The notes below the pieces were generated by a model that was not told the origin of the DNA, searched no databases, and saw only the letters and a program-made list of their open reading frames with translations. A DNA stretch of 64,000 nucleotides from positions 163,556,001-163,620,000 of the forward strand of contig OZ024743.1 in assembly GCA_964016885.1 (NCBI GenBank), read 5' to 3'. The translations under genes were made by a program, and so were the position numbers. This document shows positions 48,255 to 63,504 of this stretch, in pieces; the stretch's first letter is position 1, and every line of letters starts with the position of its first letter. The DNA comes from Eledone cirrhosa (taxonomy: Eukaryota).

Positions 48255-50972
48255 CCCAGTAAAAGTTAGTAGACTGAGACTGCAGACATCCATCATATAT
48301 ATATATGTGTGTGTGTCCCAGTAAAAGTTAGTACACTGAGACTGCAGACATCCATCATATATATATATATGTGTGTGTGTCCCAGTAAAAGTTACAACAC
48401 TGAGACTGCAGACATCCATCATATATATATGTGTGTGTGTGTCCCAGTAAAAGTTAGTACACTGAGACTGCAGACATCCATCATATATATATATATGTGT
48501 GTGTGTCCCAGTAAAAGTTAGTACACTGAGACTGCAGACATCCATCATATATATATATGTGTGTGTGTCCCAGTAAAAGTTAGTACACTGAGACTGCAGA
48601 CATCCATCATATATATATATGTGTGTGTCCCAGTAAAAGTTAGTACACTGAGACTGCAGACATCCATCATATATATATATGTGTGTGTCCCAGTAAAAGT
48701 TAGTAGACTGAGACTGCAGACATCCATCATATATATAGATGTGTGTGTCCCAGTAAAAGTTAGAACACTGAGACTGCAGACATCCATCATATATATATAT
48801 GTGTGTGTGTCCCAGTAAAAGTTAGAACACTGAGACTGCAGACATCCATCATATATATATATGTGTGTGTGTCCCAGTAAAAGTTAGAACACTGAGACTG
48901 CAGACATCCATCATATATATATATGTGTGTGTCCCAGTAAAAGTTAGTAGACTGAGACTGCAGACATCCATCATATATATATATATGTGTGTGTGTCCCA
49001 GTAAAAGTTAGTACACTGAGACTGCAGACATCCATCATATATATATATATATGTGTGTGTGTCCCAGTAAAAGTTAGTACACTGAGACTGCAGACATCCA
49101 TCATATATATATATGTGTGTGTCCCAGTAAAAGTTAGTACACTGAGACTGCAGACATCCATCATATATATATATGTGTGTGTCCCAGTAAAAGTTAGTAG
49201 ACTGAGACTGCAGACATCCATCATATATATATATGTGTGTGTGTCCCAGTAAAAGTTAGTACACTGAGACTGCAGACATCCATCATATATATATATATGT
49301 GTGTGTGTCCCAGTAAAAGTTAGTACACTGAGACTGCAGACACCCATCATATATATATATGTGTGTGTCCCAGTAAAAGTTAGTACACTGAGACTGCAGA
49401 CATCCATCATATATATATATGTGTGTGTCCCAGTAAAAGTTAGTACACTGAGACTGCAGACATCCATCATATATATATATGTGTGTGTCCCAGTAAAAAT
49501 TAGTAGACTGACACTGCAGACATCCATCATATATATATATGTGTGTGTGTCCCAGTAAAAGTTAGTACACTGAGACTGCAGACATCCATCATATATATAT
49601 ATATATGTGTGTGTGTCCCAGTAAAAGTTAGAACACTGAGACTGCAGACATCCATCATATATATATATGTGTGTGTGTGTCCCAGTAAAAGTTAGTACAC
49701 TGAGACTGCAGACATCCATCATATATATATATGTGTGTGTGTCCCAGTAAAAGTTAGTACACTGAGACTGCAGACATCCATCATATATATATATATGTGT
49801 GTGTGTCCCAGTAAAAGTTAGTACACTGAGACTGCAGACATCCATCATATATATATATATGTGTGTGTGTCCCAGTAAAAGTTAGTACACTGAGACTGCA
49901 GACATCCATCATATATATATATATGTGTGTGTCCCAGTAAAAGTTAGAACACTGAGACTGCAGACATCCATCATATATATATATGTGTGTGTGTCCCAGT
50001 AAAAGTTAGAACACTGAGACTGCAGACATCCATCATATATATATGTGTGTGTGTGTCCCAGTAAAAGTTAGTACACTGAGACTGCAGACATCCATCATAT
50101 ATATATATGTGTGTGTGTCCCAGTAAAAGTTAGAACACTGAGACTGCAGACATCCATCATATATATATATATGTGTGTGTCCCAGTAAAAGTTAGAACAC
50201 TGAGACTGCAGACATCCATCATATATATATATGTGTGTGTGTCCCAGTAAAAGTTAGAACACTGAGACTGCAGACATCCATCATATATATATATATGTGT
50301 GTGTCCCAGTAAAAGTTAGTACACTGAGACTGCAGACATCCATCATATATATATATATGTGTGTGTCCCAGTAAAAGTTAGTACACTGAGACTGCAGACA
50401 TCCATCATATATATATATGTGTGTGTGTCCCAGTAAAAGTTAGTACACTGAGACTGCAGACATCCATCATATATATATATGTGTGTGTGTCCCAGTAAAA
50501 GTTAGTACACTGACACTACAGACATCCATCATATATATATATGTGTGTGTGTCCCAGTAAAAGTTAGAACACTGAGACTGCAGACATCCATCATATATAT
50601 ATATGTGTGTGTGTCCCAGTAAAAGTTAGTACACTGAGACTGCAGACATCCATCATATATATATATGTGTGTGTGTCCCAGTAAAAGTTAGTACACTGAG
50701 ACTACAGACATCCATCATATATATATATGTGTGTGTGTCCCAGTAAAAGTTAGAGCACTGAGACTGCAGACATCCATCATATATATATATATGTGTGTGT
50801 GTCCCAGTAAAAGTTAGTACACTGAGACTATAGACATCCATCATATATATATATATATATGTGTGTGTCCCAGTAAAAGTTACAACACTGAGACTGCAGA
50901 CATCCATCATATATATATATATGTGTGTGTGTCCCAGTAAAAGTTAGTACACTGAGACTATAGACATCCATC

Positions 50973-51004
<32 letters not shown>

Positions 51005-54000
51005 CCCAGTAAAAGTTAGTACACTGAGACTGCAGACATCCATCATATATATATATGTGTGTGTGTCCCAGTAAAAGTTAGTACACTGAGACTGCAGACA
51101 TCCATCATATATATATATATGTGTGTGTCCCAGTCAAAGTTAGTACACTGAGACTGCAGACATCCATCATATATATATATGTGTGTGTGTCCCAGTAAAA
51201 GTTAGAACACTGAGACTGCAGACATCCATCATATATATATATATGTGTGTGTGTCCCAGTAAAATTTAGTACACTGAGACTGCAGACATCCATCATATAT
51301 ATATGTGTGTGTGTGTCCCAGTAAAAGTTAGTACACTGAGAGTGCAGACATCCATCATATATATATATGTGTGTGTGTCCCCCAGTAAAAGTTAGAACAC
51401 TGAGACTGCAGACATCCATCATATATATATATGTGTGTGTGTGTCCCAGTAAAAGTTACTACACTGAGACTGCAGACATCCATCATATATATATATGTGT
51501 GTGTGTCCCAGTAAAAGTTAGTACACTGAGACTGCAGACATCCATCATATATATATATGTGTGTGTGTCCCAGTAAAAGTTAGTACACTGAGACTGCAGA
51601 CATCCATCATATATATATATGTGTGTGTGTCCCAGTAAAAGTTAGTACACTGAGACTGCAGACATCCATCATATATATATATGTGTGTGTCCCAGTAAAA
51701 GTTAGTAGACTGAGACTGCAGACATCCATCATATATATATATGTGTGTGTGTCCCAGTAAAAGTTAGTACACTGAGACTGCAGACATCCATCATATATAT
51801 ATATATGTGTGTGTGTCCCAGTAAAAGTTACAACACTGAGACTGCAGACATCCATCATATATATATGTGTGTGTGTGTCCCAGTAAAAGTTAGTACACTG
51901 AGACTGCAGACATCCATCATATATATATATGTGTGTGTCCCAGTAAAAGTTAGTAGACTGAGACTGCAGACATCCATCATATATATATATGTGTGTGTGT
52001 CCCAGTAAAAGTTAGTACACTGAGACTGCAGACATCCATCATATATATATATGTGTGTGTGTCCCAGTAAAAGTTAGTACACTGAGACTGCAGACATCCA
52101 TCATATATATATATGTGTGTGTCCCAGTAAAAGTTAGTACACTGAGACTGCAGACATCCATCATATATATATATATGTGTGTGTCCTAGTAAAGGTTAGT
52201 ACACTGAGACTGCAGACATCCATCATATATATATATATATATGTGTGTGTGTCCCAGTAAAAGTTAGTACACTGAGACTGCAGACATCCATCATATATAT
52301 ATATGTGTGTGTCCCAGTAAAAGTTAGTACACTGAGACTGCAGACATCCATCATATATATATATGTGTGTGTCCCAGTAAAAGTTAGTACACTGAGACTG
52401 CAGACATCCATCATATATATATATGTGTGTGTCCCAGTAAAAGTTAGTAGACTGAGACTGCAGACATCCATCATATATATATATGTGTGTGTGTCCCAGT
52501 AAAAGTTAGTACACTGAGACTGCAGACATCCATCATATATATATATATATATGTGTGTGTGTCCCAGTAAAAGTTAGTACACTGAGACTGCAGACATCCA
52601 TCATATATATATGTGTGTGTGTGTCCCAGTAAAAGTTAGTACACTGAGACTGCAGACATCCATCATATATATATATGTGTGTGTCCCAGTAAAAGTTAGT
52701 ACACTGAGACTGCAGACATCCATCATATATATATATATATGTGTGTGTGTCCCAGTAAAAGTTAGTACACTGAGACTGCAGACATCCATCATATATATAT
52801 ATATATGTGTGTGTGTCCCAGTAAAAGTTAGTACACTGAGACTGCAGACATCCATCATATATATATATGTGTGTGTCCCAGTAAAAGTTAGTACACTGAG
52901 ACTGCAGACATCCATCATATATATATATATATGTGTGTGTGTCCTAGTAAAAGTTAGTACACTGAGACTGCAGACATCCATCATATATATATATATGTGT
53001 GTGTCCCAGTAAAAGTTAGTACACTGAGACTGCAGACATCCATCATATATATATATATATATGTGTGTGTGTCCCAGTAAAAGTTAGTACACTGAGACTG
53101 CAGACATCCATCATATATATATATGTGTGTGTGTCCCAGTAAAAGTTAGTACACTGAGACTGCAGACATCCATCATATATATATATATGTGTGTGTGTCC
53201 CAGTAAAAGTTAGTACACTGAGACTGCAGACATCCATCATGTATATATATGTGTGTGTGTCCCAGTAAAAGTTAGTACACTGAGACTGCAGACATCCATC
53301 ATATATATATATATGTGTGTCCCAGTAAAAGTTAGTACACTGAGACTGCAGACATCCATCATATATATATGTGTGTGTGTGTCCCAGTAAAAGTTAGTAC
53401 ACTGAGAGTGCAGACATCCATCATATATATATATATATATATGTGTGTGTGTCCTAGTAAAATTTAGTACACTGAGACTGCAGACATCCATCATATATAT
53501 ATGTGTGTGTGTGTCCCAGTAAAAGTTAGTACACTGAGAGTGCAGACATCCATCATATATATATATGTGTGTGTGTCCCCCAGTAAAAGTTAGAACACTG
53601 AGACTGCAGACATCCATCATATATATATAATGTGTGTGTGTGTCCCAGTAAAAGTTAGTACACTGAGACTGCAGACATCCATCATATATATATATGTGTG
53701 TGTGTCCCAGTAAAAGTTAGTACACTGAGACTGCAGACATCCATCATATATATATATGTGTGTGTGTCCCAGTAAAAGTTAGTACACTGAGACTGCAGAC
53801 ATCCATCATATATATATATATATGTGTGTGTCCCAGTAAAAGTTAGAATACTGAGACTGCAGACATCCATCATATATATATATGTGTGTGTGTCCCAGTA
53901 AAAGTTAGTACACTGAGACTGCAGACATCCATCATATATATATATGTGTGTGTGTCCCAGTAAAAGTTAGTACACTGAGACTGCAGACATCCATCATATA

Positions 54001-57000
54001 TATATATGTGTGTGTCCCAGTAAAAGTTAGTACACTGAGACTGCAGACATCCATCATATATATATATGTGTGTGTCCCAGTAAAAGTTAGTAGACTGAGA
54101 CTGCAGACATCCATCATATATATATATGTGTGTGTGTCCCAGTAAAAGTTAGTACACTGAGACTGCAGACATCCATCATATATATATATATGTGTGTGTG
54201 TCCCAGTAAAAGTTAGTACACTGAGACTGCAGACACCCATCATATATATATATGTGTGTGTCCCAGTAAAAGTTAGTACACTGAGACTGCAGACATCCAT
54301 CATATATATATATGTGTGTGTCCCAGTAAAAGTTAGTACACTGAGACTGCAGACATCCATCATATATATATATGTGTGTGTCCCAGTAAAAATTAGTAGA
54401 CTGACACTGCAGACATCCATCATATATATATATGTGTGTGTGTCCCAGTAAAAGTTAGTACACTGAGACTGCAGACATCCATCATATATATATATATATG
54501 TGTGTGTGTCCCAGTAAAAGTTAGAACACTGAGACTGCAGACATCCATCATATATATATATGTGTGTGTGTGTCCCAGTAAAAGTTAGTACACTGAGACT
54601 GCAGACATCCATCATATATATATATGTGTGTGTGTCCCAGTAAAAGTTAGTACACTGAGACTATAGACATCCATCATATATATATATATATATGTGTGTG
54701 TGTCCCAGTAAAAGTTAGTACACTGAGACTGCAGACATCCATCATATATATATATGTGTGTGTGTGTCCCAGTAAAAGTTAGTACACTGAGACTGCAGAC
54801 ATCCATCATATATATATATATGTGTGTGTGTCCCAGTAAAAGTTAGTACACTGAGACTGCAGACATCCATCATATATATATATATGTGTGTGTGTCCCAG
54901 TAAAAGTTAGTACACTGAGACTGCAGACATCCATCATATATATATATATGTGTGTGTGTCCCAGTAAAAGTTAGTAGACTGAGACTGCAGACATCCATCA
55001 TATATATATATATGTGTGTGTCCCAGTAAAAGTTAGAACACTGAGACTGCAGACATCCATCATATATATATATGTGTGTGTGTCCCAGTAAAAGTTAGTA
55101 GACTGAGACTGCAGACATCCATCATATATATATATGTGTGTGTGTCCCAGTAAAAGTTAGTACACTGAGACTGCAGACATCCATCATATATATATATGTG
55201 TGTGTCCCAGTAAAAGTTAGTACACTGAGACTGCAGACATCCATCATATATATATATGTGTGTGTGTCCCAGTAAAAGTTAGTACACTGAGACTGCAGAC
55301 ATCCATCATATATATATATATGTGTGTGTGTCCCAGTAAAAGTTAGTACACTGAGACTGCAGACATCCATCATATATATATATGTGTGTGTGTCCCAGTA
55401 AAAGTTACAACACTGAGACTGCAGACATCCATCATATATATATGTGTGTGTGTGTCCCAGTAAAAGTTAGTACACTGAGACTGCAGACATCCATCATATA
55501 TATATATGTGTGTGTCCCAGTAAAAATTAGTAGACTGAGACTGCAGACATCCATCATATATATATATGTGTGTGTGTCCCAGTAAAAGTTAGTACACTGA
55601 GACTGCAGACATCCATCATATATATATATGTGTGTGTGTCCCAGTAAAAGTTAGTACACTGAGACTGCAGACATCCATCATATATATATATATGTGTGTG
55701 TGTCCCAGTAAAAGTTAGTACACTGAGACTGCAGACATCCATCATATATATATATGTGTGTGTGTCCCAGTAAAAGTTAGTACACTGAGACTGCAGACAT
55801 CCATCATATATATATATGTGTGTGTGTCCCAGTAAAAGTTAGTACACTGAGACTGCAGACATCCATCATATATATATATATGTGTGTGTGTCCCAGTAAA
55901 AGTTAGTACACTGAGACTGCAGACATCCATCATATATATATATGTGTGTGTGTCCCAGTAAAAGTTAGTACACTGAGACTGCAGACATCCATCATATATA
56001 TATATGTGTGTGTGTCCCAGTAAAAGTTAGTACACTGAGACTGCAGACATCCATCATATATATATATATGTGTGTGTGTCCCAGTAAAAGTTAGTACACT
56101 GAGACTGCAGACATCCATCATATATATATATGTGTGTGTGTGTCCCAGTAAAAGTTAGTACACTGAGACTGCAGACATCCATCATACATATATATGTGTG
56201 TGTGTCCCAGTAAAAGTTAGTACACTGAGACTGCAGACATCCATCATATATATATATATGTGTGTGTGTCCCAGTAAAAGTTAGAACACTGAGACTGCAG
56301 ACATCCATCATATATATATATATATGTGTGTGTGTCCCAGTAAAAGTTAGTACACTGAGACTGCAGACATCCATCATATATATATATGTGTGAGTGTCCC
56401 AGTAAAAGTTAGTACACTGAGACTGCAGACATCCATCATATATATATATATGTGTGTGTCCCAGTAAAAGTTAGAACACTGAGACTGCAGACATCCATCA
56501 TATATATATATATGTGTGTGTCCCAGTAAAAGTTAGAACACTGAGACTGCAGACATCCATCATATATATATATATGTGTGTGTCCCAGTAAAAGTTACAA
56601 CACTGAGACTGCAGACATCCATCATATATATATATGTGTGTGTGTCCCAGTAAAAGTTAGTACACTGAGACTGCAGACATCCATCATATATATATATGTG
56701 TGTGTGTCCCAGTAAAAGTTAGAACACTGAGACTGCAGACATCCATCATATATATATATATGTGTGTGTGTCCCAGTAAAAGTTAGTACACTGAGACTGC
56801 AGACATCCATCATATATATATATGTGTGTGTGTCCCAGTAAAAGTTAGAACACTGAGACTGCAGACATCCATCATATATATATATATGTGTGTGTGTCCC
56901 AGTAAAAGTTAGTACACTGAGACTGCAGACATCCATCATATATATATATATATGTGTGTGTGTCCCAGTAAAAGTTAGTACACTGAGACTGCAGACATCC

Positions 57001-57377
57001 ATCATATATATATATGTGTGTGTGTCCCAGTAAAAGTTAGTACACTGAGACTGCAGACATCCATCATATATATATATGTGTGTGTGTCCCAGTAAAAGTT
57101 AGTACACTGAGACTACAGACATCCATCATATATATATATGTGTGTGTGTCCCAGTAAAAGTTAGAACACTGAGACTGCAGACATCCATCATATATATATA
57201 TGTGTGTGTGTCCCAGTAAAAGTTACAACACTGAGACTGCAGACATCCATCATATATATATATATGTGTGTGTCCCAGTAAAAGTTACAACACTGAGACT
57301 GCAGACATCCATCATATATATATATATGTGTGTGTGTCCCAGTAAAAGTTAGTACACTGAGACTATAGACATCCATC

Positions 57378-57409
<32 letters not shown>

Positions 57410-60400
57410 CCCAGTAAAAGTTAGTACACTGAGACTGCAGACATCCATCATATATATATATGTGTGTGTGTCCCAGTAAAAGTTAGTACACTGAGACTGC
57501 AGACATCCATCATATATATATATATGTGTGTGTCCCAGTAAAAGTTAGTACACTGAGACTGCAGACATCCATCATATATATATATGTGTGTGTGTCCCAG
57601 TAAAAGTTAGAACACTGAGACTGCAGACATCCATCATATATATATATATGTGTGTGTGTCCCAGTAAAATTTAGTACACTGAGACTGCAGACATCCATCA
57701 TATATATATGTGTGTGTGTGTCCCAGTAAAAGTTAGTACACTGAGAGTGCAGACATCCATCATATATATATATGTGTGTGTGTCCCAGTAAAAGTTAGTA
57801 CACTGAGACTGCAGACATCCATCATATATATATATGTGTGTGTCCCAGTAAAAGTTAGTACACTGAGACTGCAGACATCCATCATATATATATATATGTG
57901 TGTGTCCCAGTAAAAGTTAGAACACTGAGACTGCAGACATCCATCATATATATATATGTGTGTGTCCCCCAGTAAAAGTTAGAACACTGAGACCGCAGAC
58001 ATCCATCATATATATATATGTGTGTGTGTGTCCCAGTAAAAGTTAGTACACTGAGACTGCAGACATCCATCATATATATATATGTGTGTGTGTCCCAGTA
58101 AAAGTTAGTACACTGAGACTGCAGACATCCATCATATATATATATGTGTGTGTGTGTCCCAGTAAAAGTTAGTACACTGAGACTGCAGACATCCATCATG
58201 TATATATATGTGTGTGTGTGTCCCAGTAAAAGTTAGTACACTGAGACTGCAGACATCCATCATATATATATATATATGTGTGTGTCCCAGTAAAAGTTAG
58301 TACACTGAGACTGCAGACATCCATCATATATATATATATATGTGTGTGTCCCAGTAAAAGTTAGAACACTGAGACTGCAGACATCCATCATATATATATA
58401 TGTGTGTGTGTCCCAGTAAAAGTTAGTACACTGAGACTGCAGACATCCATCATATATATATATATGTGTGTGTCCCAGTAAAAGTTAGTACACTGAGACT
58501 GCAGACATCCATCATATATATATATATGTGTGTGTCCCAGTAAAAGTTAGAATACTGAGACTGCAGACATCCATCATATATATATATGTGTGTGTGTCCC
58601 AGTAAAAGTTAGTACACTGAGACTGCAGACATCCATCATATATATATATGTGTGTGTCCCAGTAAAAGTTAGTACACTGAGACTGCAGACATCCATCATA
58701 TATATATATGTGTGTGTCCCAGTAAAAGTTAGTAGACTGAGACTGCAGACATCCATCATATATATATATGTGTGTGTGTCCCAGTAAAAGTTAGTACACT
58801 GAGACTGCAGACATCCATCATATATATATATGTGTGTGTGTGTCCCAGTAAAAGTTAGTACACTGAGACTGCAGACATCCATCATATATATATATATATG
58901 TGTGTGTGTCCCAGTAAAAGTTAGTACACTGAGACTGCAGACATCCATCATATATATATATGTGTGTGTGTCCCAGTAAAAGTTAGAACACTGAGACTGC
59001 AGACATCCATCATATATATATGTGTGTGTGTGTCCCAGTAAAAGTTAGTACACTGAGACTGCAGACATCCATCATATATATATATGTGTGTGTCCCAGTA
59101 AAAGTTAGTACACTGAGACTGCAGACATCCATCATATATATATATGTGTGTGTCCCAGTAAAAATTAGTAGACTGAGACTGCAGACATCCATCATATATA
59201 TATATGTGTGTGTGTCCCAGTAAAAGTTAGTACACTGAGACTGCAGACATCCATCATATATATATATATGTGTGTGTGTGTCCCAGTAAAAGTTAGAACA
59301 CTGAGACTGCAGACATCCATCATATATATATATGTGTGTGTGTCCCAGTAAAAGTTAGTACACTGAGACTGCAGACATCCATCATATATATATATATGTG
59401 TGTGTCCCAGTAAAAGTTAGAACACTGAGACTGCAGACATCCATCATATATATATATGTGTGTGTGTCCCAGTAAAAGTTAGAACACTGAGACTGCAGAC
59501 ATCCATCATATATATATATGTGTGTGTGTGTCCCAGTAAAAGTTAGAACACTGAGACTGCAGACATCCATCATATATATATATATGTGTGTGTCCCAGTA
59601 AAAGTTAGTAGACTGAGACTGCAGACATCCATCATATATATATATATGTGTGTGTGTGTCCCAGTAAAAGTTAGTACACTGAGACTGCAGACATCCATCA
59701 TATATATATATGTGTGTGTGTCCCAGTAAAAGTTAGTACACTGAGACTGCAGACATCCATCATATATATATATATGTGTGTGTGTCCCAGTAAAAGTTAG
59801 TACACTGAGACTGCAGACATCCATCATATATATATATATGTGTGTGTCCCAGTAAAAGTTAGTACACTGAGACTGCAGACATCCATCATATATATATATA
59901 TGTGTGTGTCCCAGTAAAAGTTAGAACACTGAGACTGCAGACATCCATCATATATATATATGTGTGTGTGTCCCAGTAAAAGTTAGAACACTGAGACTGC
60001 AGACATCCATCATATATATATGTGTGTGTGTGTCCCAGTAAAAGTTAGTACACTGAGACTGCAGACATCCATCATATATATATATGTGTGTGTGTCCCAG
60101 TAAAAGTTAGAACACTGAGACTGCAGACATCCATCATATATATATATATGTGTGTGTGTCCCAGTAAAAGTTAGAACACTGAGACTGCAGACATCCATCA
60201 TATATATATATGTGTGTGTGTCCCAGTAAAAGTTAGAACACTGAGACTGCAGACATCCATCATATATATATATATATGTATGTGTGTCCCCCAGTAAAAG
60301 TTAGAACACTGAGACTGCAGACATCCATCATATATATATATGTGTGTGTGTCCCAGTAAAAGTTAGAACACTGAGACTGCAGACATCCATCATATATATA

Positions 60401-63400
60401 TATGTGTGTGTGTCCCAGTAAAAGTTAGTACACTGAGACTGCAGACATCCATCATATATATGTATATGTGTGTGTGTGCCAGTAAAAGTTAGAACACTGA
60501 GACTGCAGACATCCATCATATATATATATGTGTGTGTGTGTCCCAGTAAAAGTTAGTACACTGAGACTGCAGACATCCATCATATATATATATGTGTGTG
60601 TGTCCCAGTAAAAGTTAGAACACTGAGAGTGCAGACATCCATCATATATATATATATGTGTGTGTGTCCCAGTAAAAGTTAGTACACTGAGACTGCAGAC
60701 ATCCATCATATATATATATGTGTGTGTGTCCCAGTAAAAGTTAGTACACTGAGACTGCAGACATCCATCATATATATATATATGTGTGTGTGTCCCAGTA
60801 AAAGTTAGTACACTGAGACTGCAGACATCCATCATATATATATATGTGTGTGTGTCCCAGTAAAAGTTAGTACACTGAGACTGCAGACATCCATCATATA
60901 TATATATATGTGTGTGTGTCCCAGTAAAAGTTAGTACACTGAGACTGCAGACACCCATCATATATATATATATGTGTGTGTCCCAGTAAAAGTTAGTAGA
61001 CTGAGACTGCAGACATCCATCATATATATATATATATGTATGTGTGTCCCCCAGTAAAAGTTAGAACACTGAGACTGCAGACATCCATCATATATATATA
61101 TATGTGTGTGTGTCCCAGTAAAAGTTAGAACACTGAGACTGCAGACATCCATCATATATATATATATGTGTGTGTGTCCCAGTAAAAGTTAGAACACTGA
61201 GACTGCAGACATCCATCATATATATATATATGTGTGTGTCCCAGTAAAAGTTAGAACACTGAGACTGCAGACATCCATCATATATATATATATGTGTGTG
61301 TGTCCCAGTAAAAGTTAGTACACTGAGACTGCAGACATCCATCATATATATATATGTGTGTGTGTCCCAGTAAAAGTTAGTACACTGAGACTGCAGACAT
61401 CCATCATATATATATATATGTGTGTGTCCCAGTAAAAGTTAGTACACTGAGACTGCAGACATCCATCATATATATATATGTGTGTGTGTCCCAGTAAAAG
61501 TTAGAACACTGAGACTGCAGACATCCATCATATATATATATATGTGTGTGTGTCCCAGTAAAATTTAGTACACTGAGACTGCAGACATCCATCATATATA
61601 TATGTGTGTGTGTGTCCCAGTAAAAGTTAGTACACTGAGAGTGCAGACATCCATCATATATATATATGTGTGTGTGTCCCCCAGTAAAAGTTAGAACACT
61701 GAGACCGCAGACATCCATCATATATATATATGTGTGTGTGTGTCCCAGTAAAAGTTAGTACACTGAGACTGCAGACATCCATCATATATATATATGTGTG
61801 TGTGTCCCAGTAAAAGTTAGTACACTGAGACTGCAGACATCCATCATATATATATATGTGTGTGTGTCCCAGTAAAAGTTAGTACACTGAGACTGCAGAC
61901 ATCCATCATATATATATATATATGTGTGTGTCCCAGTAAAAGTTAGTACACTGAGACTGCAGACATCCATCATATATATATATGTGTGTGTGTGTCCCAG
62001 TAAAAGTTAGTACACTGAGACTGCAGACATCCATCATATATATATATGTGTGTGTCCCAGTAAAAGTTAGTACACTGAGACTGCAGACATCCATCATATA
62101 TATATATATATGTGTGTGTCCCAGTAAAAGTTAGAATACTGAGACTGCAGACATCCATCATATATATATATGTGTGTGTGTCCCAGTAAAAGTTAGAACA
62201 CTGAGACTGCAGACATCCTTCATATATATATATGTGTGTGTCCCAGTAAAAGTTAGTAGACTGAGACTGCAGACATCCATCATATATATATATATGTGTG
62301 TGTGTCCCAGTAAAAGTTAGTACACTGAGACTGCAGACATCCATCATATATATATATGTGTGTGTCCCAGTAAAAGTTAGTACACTGAGACTGCAGACAT
62401 CCATCATATATATATATATGTGTGTGTCCCAGTAAAAGTTAGAACACTGAGACTGCAGACATCCATCATATATATATATGTGTGTGTGTGTCCCAGTAAA
62501 AGTTAGTACACTGAGACTGCAGACATCCATCATATATATATATATGTGTGTGTCCCAGTAAAAGTTAGTACACTGAGACTGCAGACATCCATCATATATA
62601 TATATATGTGTGTGTCCCAGTAAAAGTTAGAACACTGAGACTGCAGACATCCATCATATATATATATGTGTGTGTGTCCCAGTAAAAGTTAGAACACTGA
62701 GACTGCAGACATCCATCATATATATATATATGTGTGTGTGTCCCAGTATAAGTTAGTACACTGAGACTACAGACATCCATCATATATATATATGTGTGTG
62801 TGTCCCAGTAAAAGTTAGTACACTGAGACTGCAGACATCCATCATATATATATATGTGTGTGTCCCAGTAAAGTTAGTACACTGAGACTGCAGACATCCA
62901 TCATATATATATATATATGTGTGTGTGTCCCAGTAAAAGTTAGTACACTGAGACTACAGACATCCATCATATATATATATATATGTGTGTGTGTCCCAGT
63001 AAAAGTTAGTACACTGAGACTGCAGACATCCATCATATATATATATATGTGTGTGTGTCCCAGTAAAAGTTAGTACACTGAGACTGCAGACATCCATCAT
63101 ATATATATGTGTGTGTGTCCCAGTAAAAGTTAGAACACTGAGACTGCAGACATCCATCATATATATATATGTGTGTGTCCCAGTAAAAGTTAGTACACTG
63201 AGACTGCAGAAATCCATCATATATATATATGTGTGTGTGTCCCAGTAAAATTTACAACACTGAGACTGCAGACATCCATCATATATATATATATGTGTGT
63301 GTCCCAGTAAAAGTTAGTACACTGAGACTGCAGACATCCATCATATATATATATGTGTGTGTGTCCCAGTAAAAGTTAGTACACTGAGACTGCAGACATC

Positions 63401-63463
63401 CATCATATATATATATATATGTGTGTGTCCCAGTAAAAGTTAGTAGACTGAGACTGCAGACAT

Positions 63464-63504
<41 letters not shown>

